From: SAR86 cluster bacterium AG-313-D11 | GTDB taxonomy: Bacteria; Pseudomonadota; Gammaproteobacteria; Magnimaribacterales; D2472 | NCBI GenBank assembly: GCA_003284215.1 | Contig: QBVW01000006.1 | Coordinates: 38,520-102,519, forward strand | Length of the DNA: 64,000 nt | Reading direction: 5' to 3' | Shown: positions 1 to 10,225 of the stretch, piece after piece | Layout: the number at the start of each line of letters is the position of its first letter | Numbering within the stretch: the stretch's first letter is position 1 | Translations under genes and position numbers: made by a program | Notes under the pieces: model-generated | The model's database searches: none | The model's input: only the letters and a program-made list of their open reading frames with translations | What the model was told of the DNA's origin: nothing

Positions 1-815
1 ATCGCTCCATCATGCAACGGCACATCTACCCTAGATCCCTCTTCATAAGAAGTTTTAATTTCTTGCCCAATTGGAACAAAATCAAGACTGGAGACAGATT
101 CATTATGCTCTCTGATATGGTCATAGCTTTTAGTCGAGCCAGCATGATTATTAAATGTTACACATGGTGAAATTATATCTATTAATGAAAATCCTTTAAA
201 TTTCATTGCTGCTTTTAATAGAGGGATTAATTGATCTTTATCTCCTGAGAAACTTCTTCCTACAAACCCTGCCCCTAGTTGAATTGCCATGGTAGGCAGA
301 TCAATTGGAGCTAATAAATTTTCTTCGCCATATTTGCTCTTTGAGCCTTGATCATTGGTTGCAGAAAACTGACCTTTAGTAAGGCCATAGGTTCCATTAT
401 TTTCAACGATGTAAGTTATATTAAGCTGTCTTCTTGCTGCATGCATGAACTGTCCTATGCCTATTCCTGCTGTATCACCATCCCCTGATACACCTAAATA
501 AAGTAAATCTTGATTTCCAAGATTGGCTCCAGTTGCAACTGAGGGCATCCTGCCATGAACAGAATTAAAGCCATGAGCTTGGTTGAGGAAATAAGATGGC
601 GATTTTGATGAGCATCCAATTCCTGATAGCTTTGCAATTTGATCAGATGAAAGACTTAAATCGTAACAAGCCTCTATTACAGCAGCACTAATAGAATCAT
701 GGCCACATCCAGCACATAAAGTTGAGATAGTTCCTTCATAATCTCTTCTTGTCAATCCAAGCTTATTTTTTTCAAGATTTGGATGATGATTGACTGGCTT
801 CACAATGTAGGTCAT
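1..815 (-). CDS. korB: 2-oxoacid:ferredoxin oxidoreductase, beta (TPP-binding) subunit; C-terminus cut by the window edge
   Basis: My translation from the ATG at complement(813-815) gives MTYIVKPVNHHPNLEKNKLGLTRRDYEGTISTLCAGCGHDSISAAV..., followed by the GVSGDGDTAGIG TPP motif. The start overlaps the korA stop (ATGA at 812-815). The ORF is absent from the track because it is open at the window edge. Confidence 0.8.
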   Translation of the reverse strand, partial: MTYIVKPVNHHPNLEKNKLGLTRRDYEGTISTLCAGCGHDSISAAVIEACYDLSLSSDQIAKLSGIGCSSKSPSYFLNQAHGFNSVHGRMPSVATGANLGNQDLLYLGVSGDGDTAGIGIGQFMHAARRQLNITYIVENNGTYGLTKGQFSATNDQGSKSKYGEENLLAPIDLPTMAIQLGAGFVGRSFSGDKDQLIPLLKAAMKFKGFSLIDIISPCVTFNNHAGSTKSYDHIREHNESVSSLDFVPIGQEIKTSYEEGSRVDVPLHDGA

Positions 816-2644
816 TTTATTTCCTCGGATGCTTGAGAGATATTTTTATCTGACAGAATTTCTATAATTGACTCGGAAATAAAATTAGCTGTTATAGGAG
901 ACCCGTCAAAACATAAAATTGAAATAAATTTTTCTGGATTGATATTTCCCTCTGAAATAATAAGAGTTCTCATTTGTGCATCTCTATTTTGCTCTACAAG
1001 AAAAACTGATTCGTGTTGATGTATGAATTCCCATACTTCGGCGCTAAAAGGAAAAGACCTTATCCTCATCGCATCAATTGGAAACCCTGATATGGAGAGC
1101 TGATCAAGAGATTCTTGCATTGCTGCTTCTGTACTTCCAAAATAAATTAGCCCTATAGAACTTGCGTTAGTATCCTGTTTAAAGACAGGCTTTGGTAGGA
1201 ATTTATGAGCGCCTTTAAATTTCTTTAATATTCTCTTGAGGTTTCTTGCATTTACTTCACCGTCTTCAACATATCTTGCATATTCATCATGCGAGCTTCC
1301 CCTTGCAAAGTAGGCACCTTTTTCAGGATGTGTTCCAGGCAAGGTTCTAAATGGAATCCCATCCCCATCAACGTCAAGATATCTGCCCCATGATTCCATA
1401 TTCTCAAGATCATCCTTAGATAAAACCTTTCCTCGATCAAACTCTTTAGCGTCATCCCACTCAAATTCTGGACATGTCCAATCATTCATCCCAATGTCTA
1501 GATCTGATAAAACAAAAACAGGTGTCTGCAAGCGATCAGATATATCGAATGACTCAGCTGCAAATTCAAAACACTCTTTTGGATCAGAAGGAATCAGCAT
1601 TACATGTTTTGTATCGCCGTGAGAGGCATAGGCGCATGATAGGATATCTGATTGTTGGGTTCTTGTTGGCATACCAGTAGATGGACCACCCCTTTGTATA
1701 TTAAAAATGACTATTGGTATTTCTGCAAAATAAGCTAAACCCACAAACTCTGTCATGAGTGAGATTCCAGGACCGCTTGTTGCTGTAAAAGCTCTAGCAC
1801 CATTCCAATTTGCACCTATCGCCATCCCAATAGATGCAAGCTCATCCTCAGCTTGCACATATGCAAATTTGTTTTTACCTGTTTCTTTATCAATTCTAAA
1901 CTGATCACAATACTTTTTATAAGATTCGGCAAGAGATGTTGATGGAGTAATAGGGTACCAAGCGCACACAGTTGCTCCCCCATATACGCATCCCAATCCT
2001 CCAGCATTATTTCCATTAGTGAGAATCATTCCATCTGTCAGATTTTTTTGAATAACTTTTATATCACATGAACCAGCTAGGTTTGTTTTTGCATAATTAA
2101 AACCCATTTCTAGTGCTTGAACATTGGGAGAAATAAGTTTTTCTTTACCTTTAAACTGTTCTTCGATGAGTTCAATAAAAATATCTTTATTCATGCTCAT
2201 TAGGTAAGAAAGAGCACCAACATAAACAAGGTTTTTAAATAAAAGCCTTGTTTTAGGATTTTGAAATTCATTAACGCATAACGAAGTTAAAGGTACTTCA
2301 ATAACATTAATGTCATCTCTATTGAACTCTCTTTTCCACGATGAATCATACAAAAGATAGCCTCCTGGATTAATTTCAGCAACATCTTGAGCGTATGATT
2401 GAGGATTCATAGCGACCATGAAATCAATACCAGCTTTTCGTCCCAAATAACCTCTTTCGCTGGCTCTGATTTCAAACCATGTTGGAAGACCTTGAATATT
2501 TGATGGAAAAATATTTTTTGGACTGACTGGCACCCCTGATCTAAAAATGCCTTTTGCAAACATTTGATTTGCACTCGCTGAACCAGAGCCATTAACATTA
2601 GCAAACTTAATGACGAACTCATTAGTCGAAGAAAGTTTTTTCAT
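812..2644 (-). CDS. korA: 2-oxoglutarate/2-oxoacid:ferredoxin oxidoreductase, alpha subunit (fused gamma+alpha type)
   Basis: The 610-aa ORF has an N-terminus (FANVNGSGSASANQMF) typical of the OFOR gamma/alpha fusion, plus a pyrimidine-binding domain (GYPITPST-like WYPITPSTS). It is translationally coupled on both sides. Confidence 0.85.
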   Translation of the reverse strand: MKKLSSTNEFVIKFANVNGSGSASANQMFAKGIFRSGVPVSPKNIFPSNIQGLPTWFEIRASERGYLGRKAGIDFMVAMNPQSYAQDVAEINPGGYLLYDSSWKREFNRDDINVIEVPLTSLCVNEFQNPKTRLLFKNLVYVGALSYLMSMNKDIFIELIEEQFKGKEKLISPNVQALEMGFNYAKTNLAGSCDIKVIQKNLTDGMILTNGNNAGGLGCVYGGATVCAWYPITPSTSLAESYKKYCDQFRIDKETGKNKFAYVQAEDELASIGMAIGANWNGARAFTATSGPGISLMTEFVGLAYFAEIPIVIFNIQRGGPSTGMPTRTQQSDILSCAYASHGDTKHVMLIPSDPKECFEFAAESFDISDRLQTPVFVLSDLDIGMNDWTCPEFEWDDAKEFDRGKVLSKDDLENMESWGRYLDVDGDGIPFRTLPGTHPEKGAYFARGSSHDEYARYVEDGEVNARNLKRILKKFKGAHKFLPKPVFKQDTNASSIGLIYFGSTEAAMQESLDQLSISGFPIDAMRIRSFPFSAEVWEFIHQHESVFLVEQNRDAQMRTLIISEGNINPEKFISILCFDGSPITANFISESIIEILSDKNISQASEEIK

Positions 2645-4644
2645 GAGTAGACCTTTGCCTCTTCATATAAAAATGTTTGCATATCCCAAGCGCCTGTAGG
2701 ACATCTTTCTGCACACAAACCACAATGCAAGCATACATCTTCATCTTTAATCATTGTTCTTTTGGTTGGTAATATTTGAGATATCAGCAAATCTTGTTCT
2801 ATATTTAAAGCAGGAATTCTTGTATTTTGCCTAACCTCATCTTCTGGGCCATTAAACATGAAATTAATACAATCCGTTGGGCAAATATCTACACAAGCAT
2901 CACATTCGATACAAAGGCTTTCAGAAAAAATAGTTTGAACATCACAATTCAAGCATCTTTGCGCTTCTTCCATGGCAAGACTCTCATCAAAACCTGTTTC
3001 AACTTCAATTTTTAAGCTCTTAAGTGCAACTCCTTGATCTGCTTTGGGTACCAAAAATCTCTTAGCTTGAGAAATATCATTATCATAAGACCATTCATGC
3101 AGCCCCATTTTTTGACTTATTAGATTTGTCCCGGGATCTGGCCTCTCATTGATATCCTCATTCTGACAAAACTTATGAATTGAAATTGCCGCTTGATGGC
3201 CATGAGCTGCAGCCCAAATAATATTCTCAGGACCCCAAGCTGCATCTCCGCCAAAAAAGATTTTCGGATGAGTTGATTGAAAAGTTGTAGGATTTACAAC
3301 TGGCATATCCCATTCTCCAAATTCTAGGCCAATATCTCGCTCTATCCACTCAAAGGAATTGTCTTGGCCAATAGCTACCAGCACATCATCACATTCAAGA
3401 ATTACTGGTTCATCGCTTGTTGGAACCAGAGATCGATTGCCATTATCATCAAAAACAGCTTCAACTTTTTGAAATTCCATTCCAGTTAGTTTTCCACCCT
3501 TATGTATAAATTTTTTAGGAACGTGGTTCTCTAGTATTGGAATATTTTCTTCCATGGCATCTTCAATTTCCCATTCAGATGCCTTCATCTGTGAGAAGGG
3601 ACTTCTGACAGCTACTTTCACATCTTCAGCACCTAATCTTAAGGAAGATCTGCAGCAATCCATCGCAGTGTTTCCACCCCCCAAAACAATGACTTTTTTT
3701 CCAATAGAGTCAATATGTTCAAAGGCAATGCTTGTTAAAAAATCTATACCTATATGAATGTTTGCATCAGCATCTTTGCGACCTTCAATATTTAAATCTT
3801 TTCCTTTTGGTGCCCCAGTTCCAATAAAGACAGCATCAAAATCTTTATTTAAAAATTTTTTAAGACTGGTAATTTCATAATTGAATTTAGTGTTTAATCC
3901 CATATCAAGAATCTGATCAACTTCAGCATCCAAGACTTCCTCTGGAAGTCTAAATGATGGAATATTAGTTCTCATTAAACCTCCAGCCTGAGGATCTTTT
4001 TCAAAAAGTGTACACTCATACCCCATTACAATGAGATCTCTTGCAACAGTTAATGATGCTGGCCCACCACCGATGAGAGCAATTTTTTTACCATTCATTT
4101 TTTTAGGTGCTTTAGGTAATAGATTTGAAACATCATCTTTAAAATCAGCTGCAACTCTTTTTAGTCTGCATATAGCAACAGGTTTTTCATGGGTTCTTGT
4201 TCTTCTGCAGGCTGGTTCACAAGGTCTATCGCAAGTCCTGCCTAGGATTCCAGGAAATACATTTGATTCCCAATTAATCATATAGGCTTCGGTATATTCG
4301 TTTTTAGATATTTTTCTAATGTATTCTGGAACGGGAGTATGAGCAGGGCATGCATACTGACAATCAACGACTTTATGATAATACTGAGGATTAGAAGTAT
4401 CAGTTACTGGCATAAAAGTTTTAACAGCATTTTTTCCATTGGACTGTTTTAGATTTTTCTTAGCTGCAAATATTTGGGATTTAAAATCCTCTACAACGGC
4501 CTCTCTAAGTTTTTGAGCCTCAGATAACTCATGGGTTTGTAAAGAAATTCTGAGATCAAAACCTAATTCCTTTCGAAGATCTTTAGGAACGGCAACCTTT
4601 ACCCAATAAGTATTGTGTCTTTTAAATAAGTATTTTGTATCCAT
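2641..4644 (-). CDS. GltD/SudA-like NAD(P)H-dependent FAD oxidoreductase fused to a C-terminal 2x[4Fe-4S] ferredoxin domain, with an atypical N-terminal extension
   Basis: The 667-aa ORF contains a Cys cluster (CPAHTPV...CDRPCEPACRR), two Rossmann motifs (IALIGGGPASL, VIVLGGGNTAMD) and C-terminal CIECDACVDICP and CLHCGLCAERCP motifs. An ATGA junction overlaps korA. Confidence 0.75.
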   Translation of the reverse strand: MDTKYLFKRHNTYWVKVAVPKDLRKELGFDLRISLQTHELSEAQKLREAVVEDFKSQIFAAKKNLKQSNGKNAVKTFMPVTDTSNPQYYHKVVDCQYACPAHTPVPEYIRKISKNEYTEAYMINWESNVFPGILGRTCDRPCEPACRRTRTHEKPVAICRLKRVAADFKDDVSNLLPKAPKKMNGKKIALIGGGPASLTVARDLIVMGYECTLFEKDPQAGGLMRTNIPSFRLPEEVLDAEVDQILDMGLNTKFNYEITSLKKFLNKDFDAVFIGTGAPKGKDLNIEGRKDADANIHIGIDFLTSIAFEHIDSIGKKVIVLGGGNTAMDCCRSSLRLGAEDVKVAVRSPFSQMKASEWEIEDAMEENIPILENHVPKKFIHKGGKLTGMEFQKVEAVFDDNGNRSLVPTSDEPVILECDDVLVAIGQDNSFEWIERDIGLEFGEWDMPVVNPTTFQSTHPKIFFGGDAAWGPENIIWAAAHGHQAAISIHKFCQNEDINERPDPGTNLISQKMGLHEWSYDNDISQAKRFLVPKADQGVALKSLKIEVETGFDESLAMEEAQRCLNCDVQTIFSESLCIECDACVDICPTDCINFMFNGPEDEVRQNTRIPALNIEQDLLISQILPTKRTMIKDEDVCLHCGLCAERCPTGAWDMQTFLYEEAKVYS

Positions 4645-4806
4645 ATAATTTGGCTCCCCTCCAAATTAGCTATAAGGTACAGGAAATATCCTTGTCTTAT
4701 AGGAATAACTATTTTTACAATAAACATATAATGATCAATATGCAACCAAATATTCGCTTGGTTTCTTCCCCCCTAAATCAAAAATTTTCTATAATATATG
4801 TAATAC

Positions 4807-5145
4807 ATGAGCTTCCTTTCAGAAATAATATTGATCAATCCGCTTCATAAGAAGGTCTTAATTATTTGCATGTTAATAGTTTTAGCGGGATGTCAAAGCA
4901 AAGAGCTAAGCCCCTTTGAAAAAGCAAAAAATCCATATGCACAGCTTGGAGTGGAGGGTTATATGGGAGCAGCAATGACATCATGCTTGGGCATGGCTCC
5001 TCCTGGCCCGCCAATTATAAGAAGGAAGGATGGTAATTCAGTGGTCAGTAGTGATCGTTCACCAGAACAAGATAGCTATTTTCATTGTATTGATAGAGAA
5101 GTATTAAATGTCGAGCAAAAGCAAGCTGATAGCGATCTAGATTAG
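4807..5145 (+). CDS. small hypothetical lipoprotein
   Basis: The 112-aa ORF has a lipobox (LVLAGC). I recognise no family. Confidence 0.4.
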   Translation: MSFLSEIILINPLHKKVLIICMLIVLAGCQSKELSPFEKAKNPYAQLGVEGYMGAAMTSCLGMAPPGPPIIRRKDGNSVVSSDRSPEQDSYFHCIDREVLNVEQKQADSDLD

Positions 5146-5161
5146 CAAGTTACGGAATAGT

Positions 5162-6313
5162 CTATTTTAAAGCTTTTTTAATCACGTCTAGTAAATCATC
5201 TGTATTCTCAAGGCCTGCAGATATTCTAATAAGATTCTTCGAAATACCTATTTCTTTTTTTTGATCAGCAGTAAGTTCTCCATGAGTCATGGAGTAGGGA
5301 TGGCTAATTAAGCTTTCAAATCCTCCAAGAGATGCAGCAAGGGGAAGAATCTTAACGGCTTTAATAAATTTCTTTACCTTTGAAAAATCTTTATTAAGTT
5401 CAAAGCTCAGCATTCCACCAAACCCACTTTGTTGTTTCTTTGCTATTGCATGTGACGGATGATCAGGAAGGCCAGGATAATAGATATTTCCAACGAGGGG
5501 ATGATTTGATAAAAGCTCAACAATGGCAACTGCATTTTTTTCATGCTCTTTCATTCTAATATTCAAAGTTCTAAGGCCTCTAAGGGTTAAATAACTGTCA
5601 AATGGAGAGCCAGTAATGCCAAGAGTATTCGCCCAAAATTTTAACTTTGACAGAATCTCATGATTGTTTGTGATGACTGCTCCGCCAATAACATCAGAAT
5701 GACCATTGATGTATTTGGTTGTTGAATGCATGACTATATCTGCACCAAGTTTCAGAGGATTCTGAAGAGATGGAGATAAAAAAGTATTATCTACAGCGAC
5801 CAAGGAATTACATATTTTTGCTTGTTCTGAAATCCGTTGAATATCTACTGCCTGTAATAATGGGTTAGATGGAGTTTCTATCCAAATTAGATCAGGATTA
5901 ATTTCACTAATGATTTCTTTACAAAAAGACTTTTGGCTTTGATTTATAAAATAAACCTCTAGAACTCCTTTGTGAGCAAGAGATGAAAAAAGCCTAAATG
6001 TTCCTCCATAACAATCATGGGGAACAATAACCCTGCTCTTATTTTCTAAAATATTAGCCACCAAAGTAATGGCTGCCATTCCTGAGCTTAATATTTCGCC
6101 ACCTAGACCGCTTTCAAGTTCTGCTAAGGCATTGATCAAATGATCTCTAGTTGGATTACTTTGTCTGGTATATTCATATTCCTGCGCTTCACCGACTTCG
6201 CCATATTTAAAGTTTGATGTGAGATACAAGGGAGGAATGATAGCTCCATGCTGTTTGTCACTTCCAACACCCGCCTTAGCCGCAATTGTTTCTTTTTTAA
6301 ATTTTTTACTCAT
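5162..6313 (-). CDS. Cys/Met-metabolism PLP enzyme (cystathionine gamma-synthase / beta-lyase family)
   Basis: The 383 aa carry the PLP-lysine motif STTKYINGHSD, and family-typical length and N-terminus. I cannot separate MetB, MetC and MetZ specificity by eye. Confidence 0.8.
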   Translation of the reverse strand: MSKKFKKETIAAKAGVGSDKQHGAIIPPLYLTSNFKYGEVGEAQEYEYTRQSNPTRDHLINALAELESGLGGEILSSGMAAITLVANILENKSRVIVPHDCYGGTFRLFSSLAHKGVLEVYFINQSQKSFCKEIISEINPDLIWIETPSNPLLQAVDIQRISEQAKICNSLVAVDNTFLSPSLQNPLKLGADIVMHSTTKYINGHSDVIGGAVITNNHEILSKLKFWANTLGITGSPFDSYLTLRGLRTLNIRMKEHEKNAVAIVELLSNHPLVGNIYYPGLPDHPSHAIAKKQQSGFGGMLSFELNKDFSKVKKFIKAVKILPLAASLGGFESLISHPYSMTHGELTADQKKEIGISKNLIRISAGLENTDDLLDVIKKALK

Positions 6314-6371
6314 GCATTTATTGAAGCATTATTCATCAAACCTTAAAAGTGATTTATGTTAAGGTTTTTAA

Positions 6372-6959
6372 ATGCCCCTAGTTAAACCAATAGATATTTC
6401 TGATAAAGAAGTAAATGATCTTGTTAATTTTTTTAATGAAACATTGGGTTTTTGCCCCAATTCAGTTCTTACAATGCAAAGAAGGCCGAGTATTGCTAAA
6501 GCATTTATCGAACTCAACATGGCTGTTATGGAAAACCACGGTCAGCTCACATCAGAATTTAAACGATTAATTGCTTTTGTTAGCAGTAATACTGCTGGAT
6601 GTAGGTATTGCCAGGCTCATACTATTAGAGCTGCTGAGCGTTATGGTTCAACGCTGCAAAGGCTTGAAAACGTTTGGAATTTTGACACCCAAGATTGTTT
6701 CAATGATGCTGAAAAAGCAGCTCTAAGGTTTGCTCAAGAGGCCAGTATGGTTCCAGTAAATATAGCTGAGAATACTGAACAACAATTGCATTTTCACTGG
6801 TCCGATAATGATATAGTTGAAATTATGGGTGTCATAGCTTTGTTCGGCTATTTAAACCGATGGAATGATGTCATGGCTACAACATTGGAAGATGATGCAA
6901 ATACTTCAGGCGAAGACTTGCTTAAAGGCATATCCTGGGTTCCAGGCAAACATGCCTAG
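6372..6959 (+). CDS. AhpD-like / carboxymuconolactone decarboxylase-family peroxidase-related protein
   Basis: The 195 aa carry the CxxC-H motif (CRYCQAHT) characteristic of the AhpD/CMD fold. Confidence 0.65.
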   Translation: MPLVKPIDISDKEVNDLVNFFNETLGFCPNSVLTMQRRPSIAKAFIELNMAVMENHGQLTSEFKRLIAFVSSNTAGCRYCQAHTIRAAERYGSTLQRLENVWNFDTQDCFNDAEKAALRFAQEASMVPVNIAENTEQQLHFHWSDNDIVEIMGVIALFGYLNRWNDVMATTLEDDANTSGEDLLKGISWVPGKHA

Positions 6960-8278
6960 GAACCTTTGCCTTTTTTCCACCGAGTCCTCGCTTTAGACCC
7001 TTTCTTTCTATTTTGACTTGGTTTGTTTTTTGATCCAGTATCAGTTTTTTTAAAATCACTTTTACCTTTCTTTGCAGCTTGTCTTTTTTTAAATCCAGAT
7101 TTGTTGCTTCTAAAGTTTTTTGGTCGTGAGCTGCTTTCTGCATTCTCGGTTGGCTTAAATCCTTCTTCAGTTTTTTGAGGAATTTTGCTATTTGTTAATT
7201 CTTCAATCCCTCTGAGAAATTTGTGCTCATCGATGCTTAAAAAAGATATTGCTGTTCCTTCTTTTCCCGCTCTACCGGTTCTTCCAATTCTGTGTATATA
7301 GTCATTTGGATAAGTAGGCATATCAAAATTGACCACATAGGGAAGATTACTGATATCAATTCCCCTCGCTGCCACATCAGTTGCAACTAAAACTCTGACA
7401 TCTTTTTCTTTAAACTCTCTAAGCGCACGCGTTCTTGCTCCTTGAGTTTTATCGCCATGAATAGTGGCTGTTTGTATATCTGCAGCATTTAGTTGTTTAG
7501 CAATTTTTTCAGAACCATGCTTTGTTCTTGAAAAAACAAGTGCTTGCTGCCATTGCTCAGAATGAATTAGATGACTTAATAACTTAGCCTTCTGATTTTT
7601 ATCCACTCTGTATACGAGTTGTTTAATAGCACTGACAGTGCTATTAGGTGAGTCTGCTGCAATTTCTATGAGATCTGTACCTAACGATTGAGCAAGTTTT
7701 TTGATTTCTGGTGAAAATGTAGCTGAAAAGAGAAGGTTCTGTCTATCTGGTGGAGTTAAGGCAATAATTTTTTTAATATCATGAATAAATCCCATATCAA
7801 GCATGTGATCAGCCTCATCTAGAACCAAGATTTGTACCTGATTTAACTTAACTGATTTTTGATTATGTAAATCTAGCAATCTTCCAGGAGTTGCAACTAA
7901 AATATCTAACCCTTTTTTGAGTTTAGATTTTTGTGGAAAAATCTTAGCGCCACCAAATATTGCAGCTGAAGTAATTGAAGTAAACTTCCCATATGTATAT
8001 ACATTTTCTCTCACTTGAGCAGCTAACTCTCTGGTTGGAGTTAAAACTAATGCATGGACATGTTTTCTGTAAGGCTTTGCTTGATTTTGTAGTAGCTCAA
8101 TCATTGGTAAAACAAAACTGCCGGTTTTACCGGTACCAGTCTGGGCAGCAGCCATTATATTTTTACCCGACAAGACAATAGGTATTGCTTGTTTTTGAAT
8201 TTCTGAGGGTTCAGAATGTTTTAGATCTTCGAGAGATCGCAAAATAGGATCGGATAATCCGAGTTCTTTGAATGACAT
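6956..8278 (-). CDS. rhlE: ATP-dependent DEAD-box RNA helicase
   Basis: It has a Q-motif, Walker A (AQTGTGKT), DEAD, SAT and HRIGRTGRAG motifs, and a Lys/Arg-rich C-terminal tail. Confidence 0.85.
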   Translation of the reverse strand: MSFKELGLSDPILRSLEDLKHSEPSEIQKQAIPIVLSGKNIMAAAQTGTGKTGSFVLPMIELLQNQAKPYRKHVHALVLTPTRELAAQVRENVYTYGKFTSITSAAIFGGAKIFPQKSKLKKGLDILVATPGRLLDLHNQKSVKLNQVQILVLDEADHMLDMGFIHDIKKIIALTPPDRQNLLFSATFSPEIKKLAQSLGTDLIEIAADSPNSTVSAIKQLVYRVDKNQKAKLLSHLIHSEQWQQALVFSRTKHGSEKIAKQLNAADIQTATIHGDKTQGARTRALREFKEKDVRVLVATDVAARGIDISNLPYVVNFDMPTYPNDYIHRIGRTGRAGKEGTAISFLSIDEHKFLRGIEELTNSKIPQKTEEGFKPTENAESSSRPKNFRSNKSGFKKRQAAKKGKSDFKKTDTGSKNKPSQNRKKGSKARTRWKKGKGS

Positions 8279-8440
8279 TTTTATTTCTTTAAGTCTGTCT
8301 GATATCTATCAGATGACTGCAGGGTATAGACTTACTGAGCCAGGGTCAATGCGGCTTTAAATTTATATTTAACATTAGTTATTAAGCGGGGTATTTCTTT
8401 TTTTATATTCTCGTATAATCCCCCTCAATTGTTACTCATC

Positions 8441-10225
8441 ATGAATAAAGAAAAGCTCAGAAATATCGCAATCATTGCCCACGTTGATCACGGCAAAACA
8501 ACCTTGGTTGATAAGTTGTTGCAGCAATCAGGGACTTTAGATCGAAAAAGCATGACAACTGAGAGGATAATGGATTCCAATGACCAAGAAAGAGAGCGGG
8601 GGATCACAATTCTTGCAAAGAATACTGCTATAAACTGGAAAGATCATAGAATTAACATTGTTGATACACCTGGCCATGCTGATTTTGGTGGGGAGGTTGA
8701 AAGAGTCCTTTCTATGGTTGATTCAGTCTTATTGTTAGTTGATGCTGTGGATGGGCCCATGCCCCAAACTAGATTTGTTACACAAAAAGCTTTTGAAAAA
8801 GGCTTGCACCCAATTTTGGTAATCAATAAGGTGGACAGACCAGAAGCAAGACCTCACTGGGTTCTCGATCAAGTGTTTGAATTATTTGATAACCTTGGTG
8901 CAACTGATGAGCAGTTAGATTTTACTGTTATTTATTCTTCAGCTATAAATGGATTGGCAGGGCATGAGCCTGATGAATTAGCTGATGATATGACCCCATT
9001 GCTAGATATGATAGTCGATAAAGTTGCAGCGCCAGCAGTCGATCAACACTCACCCTTTAGAATGCAAATCTCAGCATTGGATAGCAATAGTTATGTTGGG
9101 GTAATTGGAATAGGAAGAATCACTGGCGGAAGCGTTAAGCCAAATGATCGCGTAACTGTGGTAAATAAAGATGGGGTTGAACGAAAAGGTAAAATCCTTC
9201 AAGTTCTTGGCCATCATGGACTTGAGCGTGTTGAAACAGATGAAGCAAAAGCTGGTGATATCGTTTGTATTACTGGAATAGAGGCATTGAATATTTCCGA
9301 TACATTATGTGACCCTGAGAACGTGAATCCACTTCCGCCTCTATCAGTTGATGAGCCGACTGTCAGCATGGTTTTTCAGGTAAATGACTCACCATTTTGT
9401 GGTAAAGAGGGTAAATATGTCACCTCAAGAAATATCAAAGATCGACTAGAGCAAGAGTTAATTCACAATGTTGCCTTGAGAGTAGAGGAAGGCGAAAGCC
9501 CAGATCAATTTAAGGTTTCCGGTAGAGGTGAATTACACCTTTCAGTTTTAATTGAGACCATGCGAAGAGAAAATTATGAATTAGCTGTTTCCAAACCTCA
9601 GGTAATACAAAAAGAGATTGGAGAGGAGATCCATGAGCCATATGAGGTTGTTGTGATTGATATTCAAGAGGAACATCAAGGTGCAATTATGGAAGAAATG
9701 GGTAATAGAAAAGCAGATTTACAGTCTTTGGTCATTACAGAAAATGGTCGAATGAGACTTGAATTTATGGCTCCATCTAGAGGTCTCATAGGATTCAGAT
9801 CACAATTTCTTACTTTAACAAGTGGTAGTGGAATTTTAACCAGTGTTTTTGATCACTATGGCCTTGCTAAGAAGGGAGAAATTGCTTCTCGTCAAAATGG
9901 AGTAATGGTCTCAATGATTACAGGCAAAACTTTAGCTTACGCATTGTTTAATCTGCAAAATAGAGGCCGCATGTTTGTCGGTCATGGACTTGAAATTTAT
10001 AAGGGTCAAATTGTAGGACTGCATTCCAGAGATAATGATCTGCCAGTCAACCCAACAAAGGCTAAACAACTTACAAATATTAGAGCTGCTGGAACAGATG
10101 AAAATCTTATTTTAACGCCACATATTCAACATACGTTAGAACAAGCTCTTGAGTTTATTGAGGATGATGAATTGGTTGAGGTAACTCCAGAAAGCATAAG
10201 ATTAAGAAAAAAAATAATTAGATAA
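8441..10225 (+). CDS. typA: translational GTPase TypA/BipA
   Basis: It has the G-domain motifs [17 protein letters not shown] and NKVD, and BipA-type length. I prefer the ATG at 8441 over the TTG at 8429 used by the ORF track. Confidence 0.93.
   Translation: MNKEKLRNIAIIAHVDHGKTTLVDKLLQQSGTLDRKSMTTERIMDSNDQERERGITILAKNTAINWKDHRINIVDTPGHADFGGEVERVLSMVDSVLLLVDAVDGPMPQTRFVTQKAFEKGLHPILVINKVDRPEARPHWVLDQVFELFDNLGATDEQLDFTVIYSSAINGLAGHEPDELADDMTPLLDMIVDKVAAPAVDQHSPFRMQISALDSNSYVGVIGIGRITGGSVKPNDRVTVVNKDGVERKGKILQVLGHHGLERVETDEAKAGDIVCITGIEALNISDTLCDPENVNPLPPLSVDEPTVSMVFQVNDSPFCGKEGKYVTSRNIKDRLEQELIHNVALRVEEGESPDQFKVSGRGELHLSVLIETMRRENYELAVSKPQVIQKEIGEEIHEPYEVVVIDIQEEHQGAIMEEMGNRKADLQSLVITENGRMRLEFMAPSRGLIGFRSQFLTLTSGSGILTSVFDHYGLAKKGEIASRQNGVMVSMITGKTLAYALFNLQNRGRMFVGHGLEIYKGQIVGLHSRDNDLPVNPTKAKQLTNIRAAGTDENLILTPHIQHTLEQALEFIEDDELVEVTPESIRLRKKIIR

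Noticed and set aside
1252-2622. Short ORFs nested in or antisense to korA (1252-1485, 1474-1680, 1816-2016, 2407-2622). Similar nested ORFs occur elsewhere, for example 2827-3015, 3554-3757, 4031-4285, 7993-8181, 8644-8826, 11259-11528, 11357-11689, 11738-12062, 14140-14880, 17447-17650, 18650-18955, 19273-19557, 26922-27107, 28144-28566, 32496-32696, 48661-49120, 54945-55265, 55767-56280, 57136-57321, 60507-60695, 61472-61690, 62342-62593 and 62912-63106
   Set aside because: All lie inside longer ORFs that carry clear family motifs, either on the other strand or in another frame. Their sequences are low-complexity or unrecognisable. They are treated as chance ORFs.
4635-4850. The 71-aa ORF spanning the AT-rich intergenic region upstream of the kor operon
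   Set aside because: It overlaps the start of the oxidoreductase gene and the start of the lipoprotein gene. It has no SD and a low-complexity composition.
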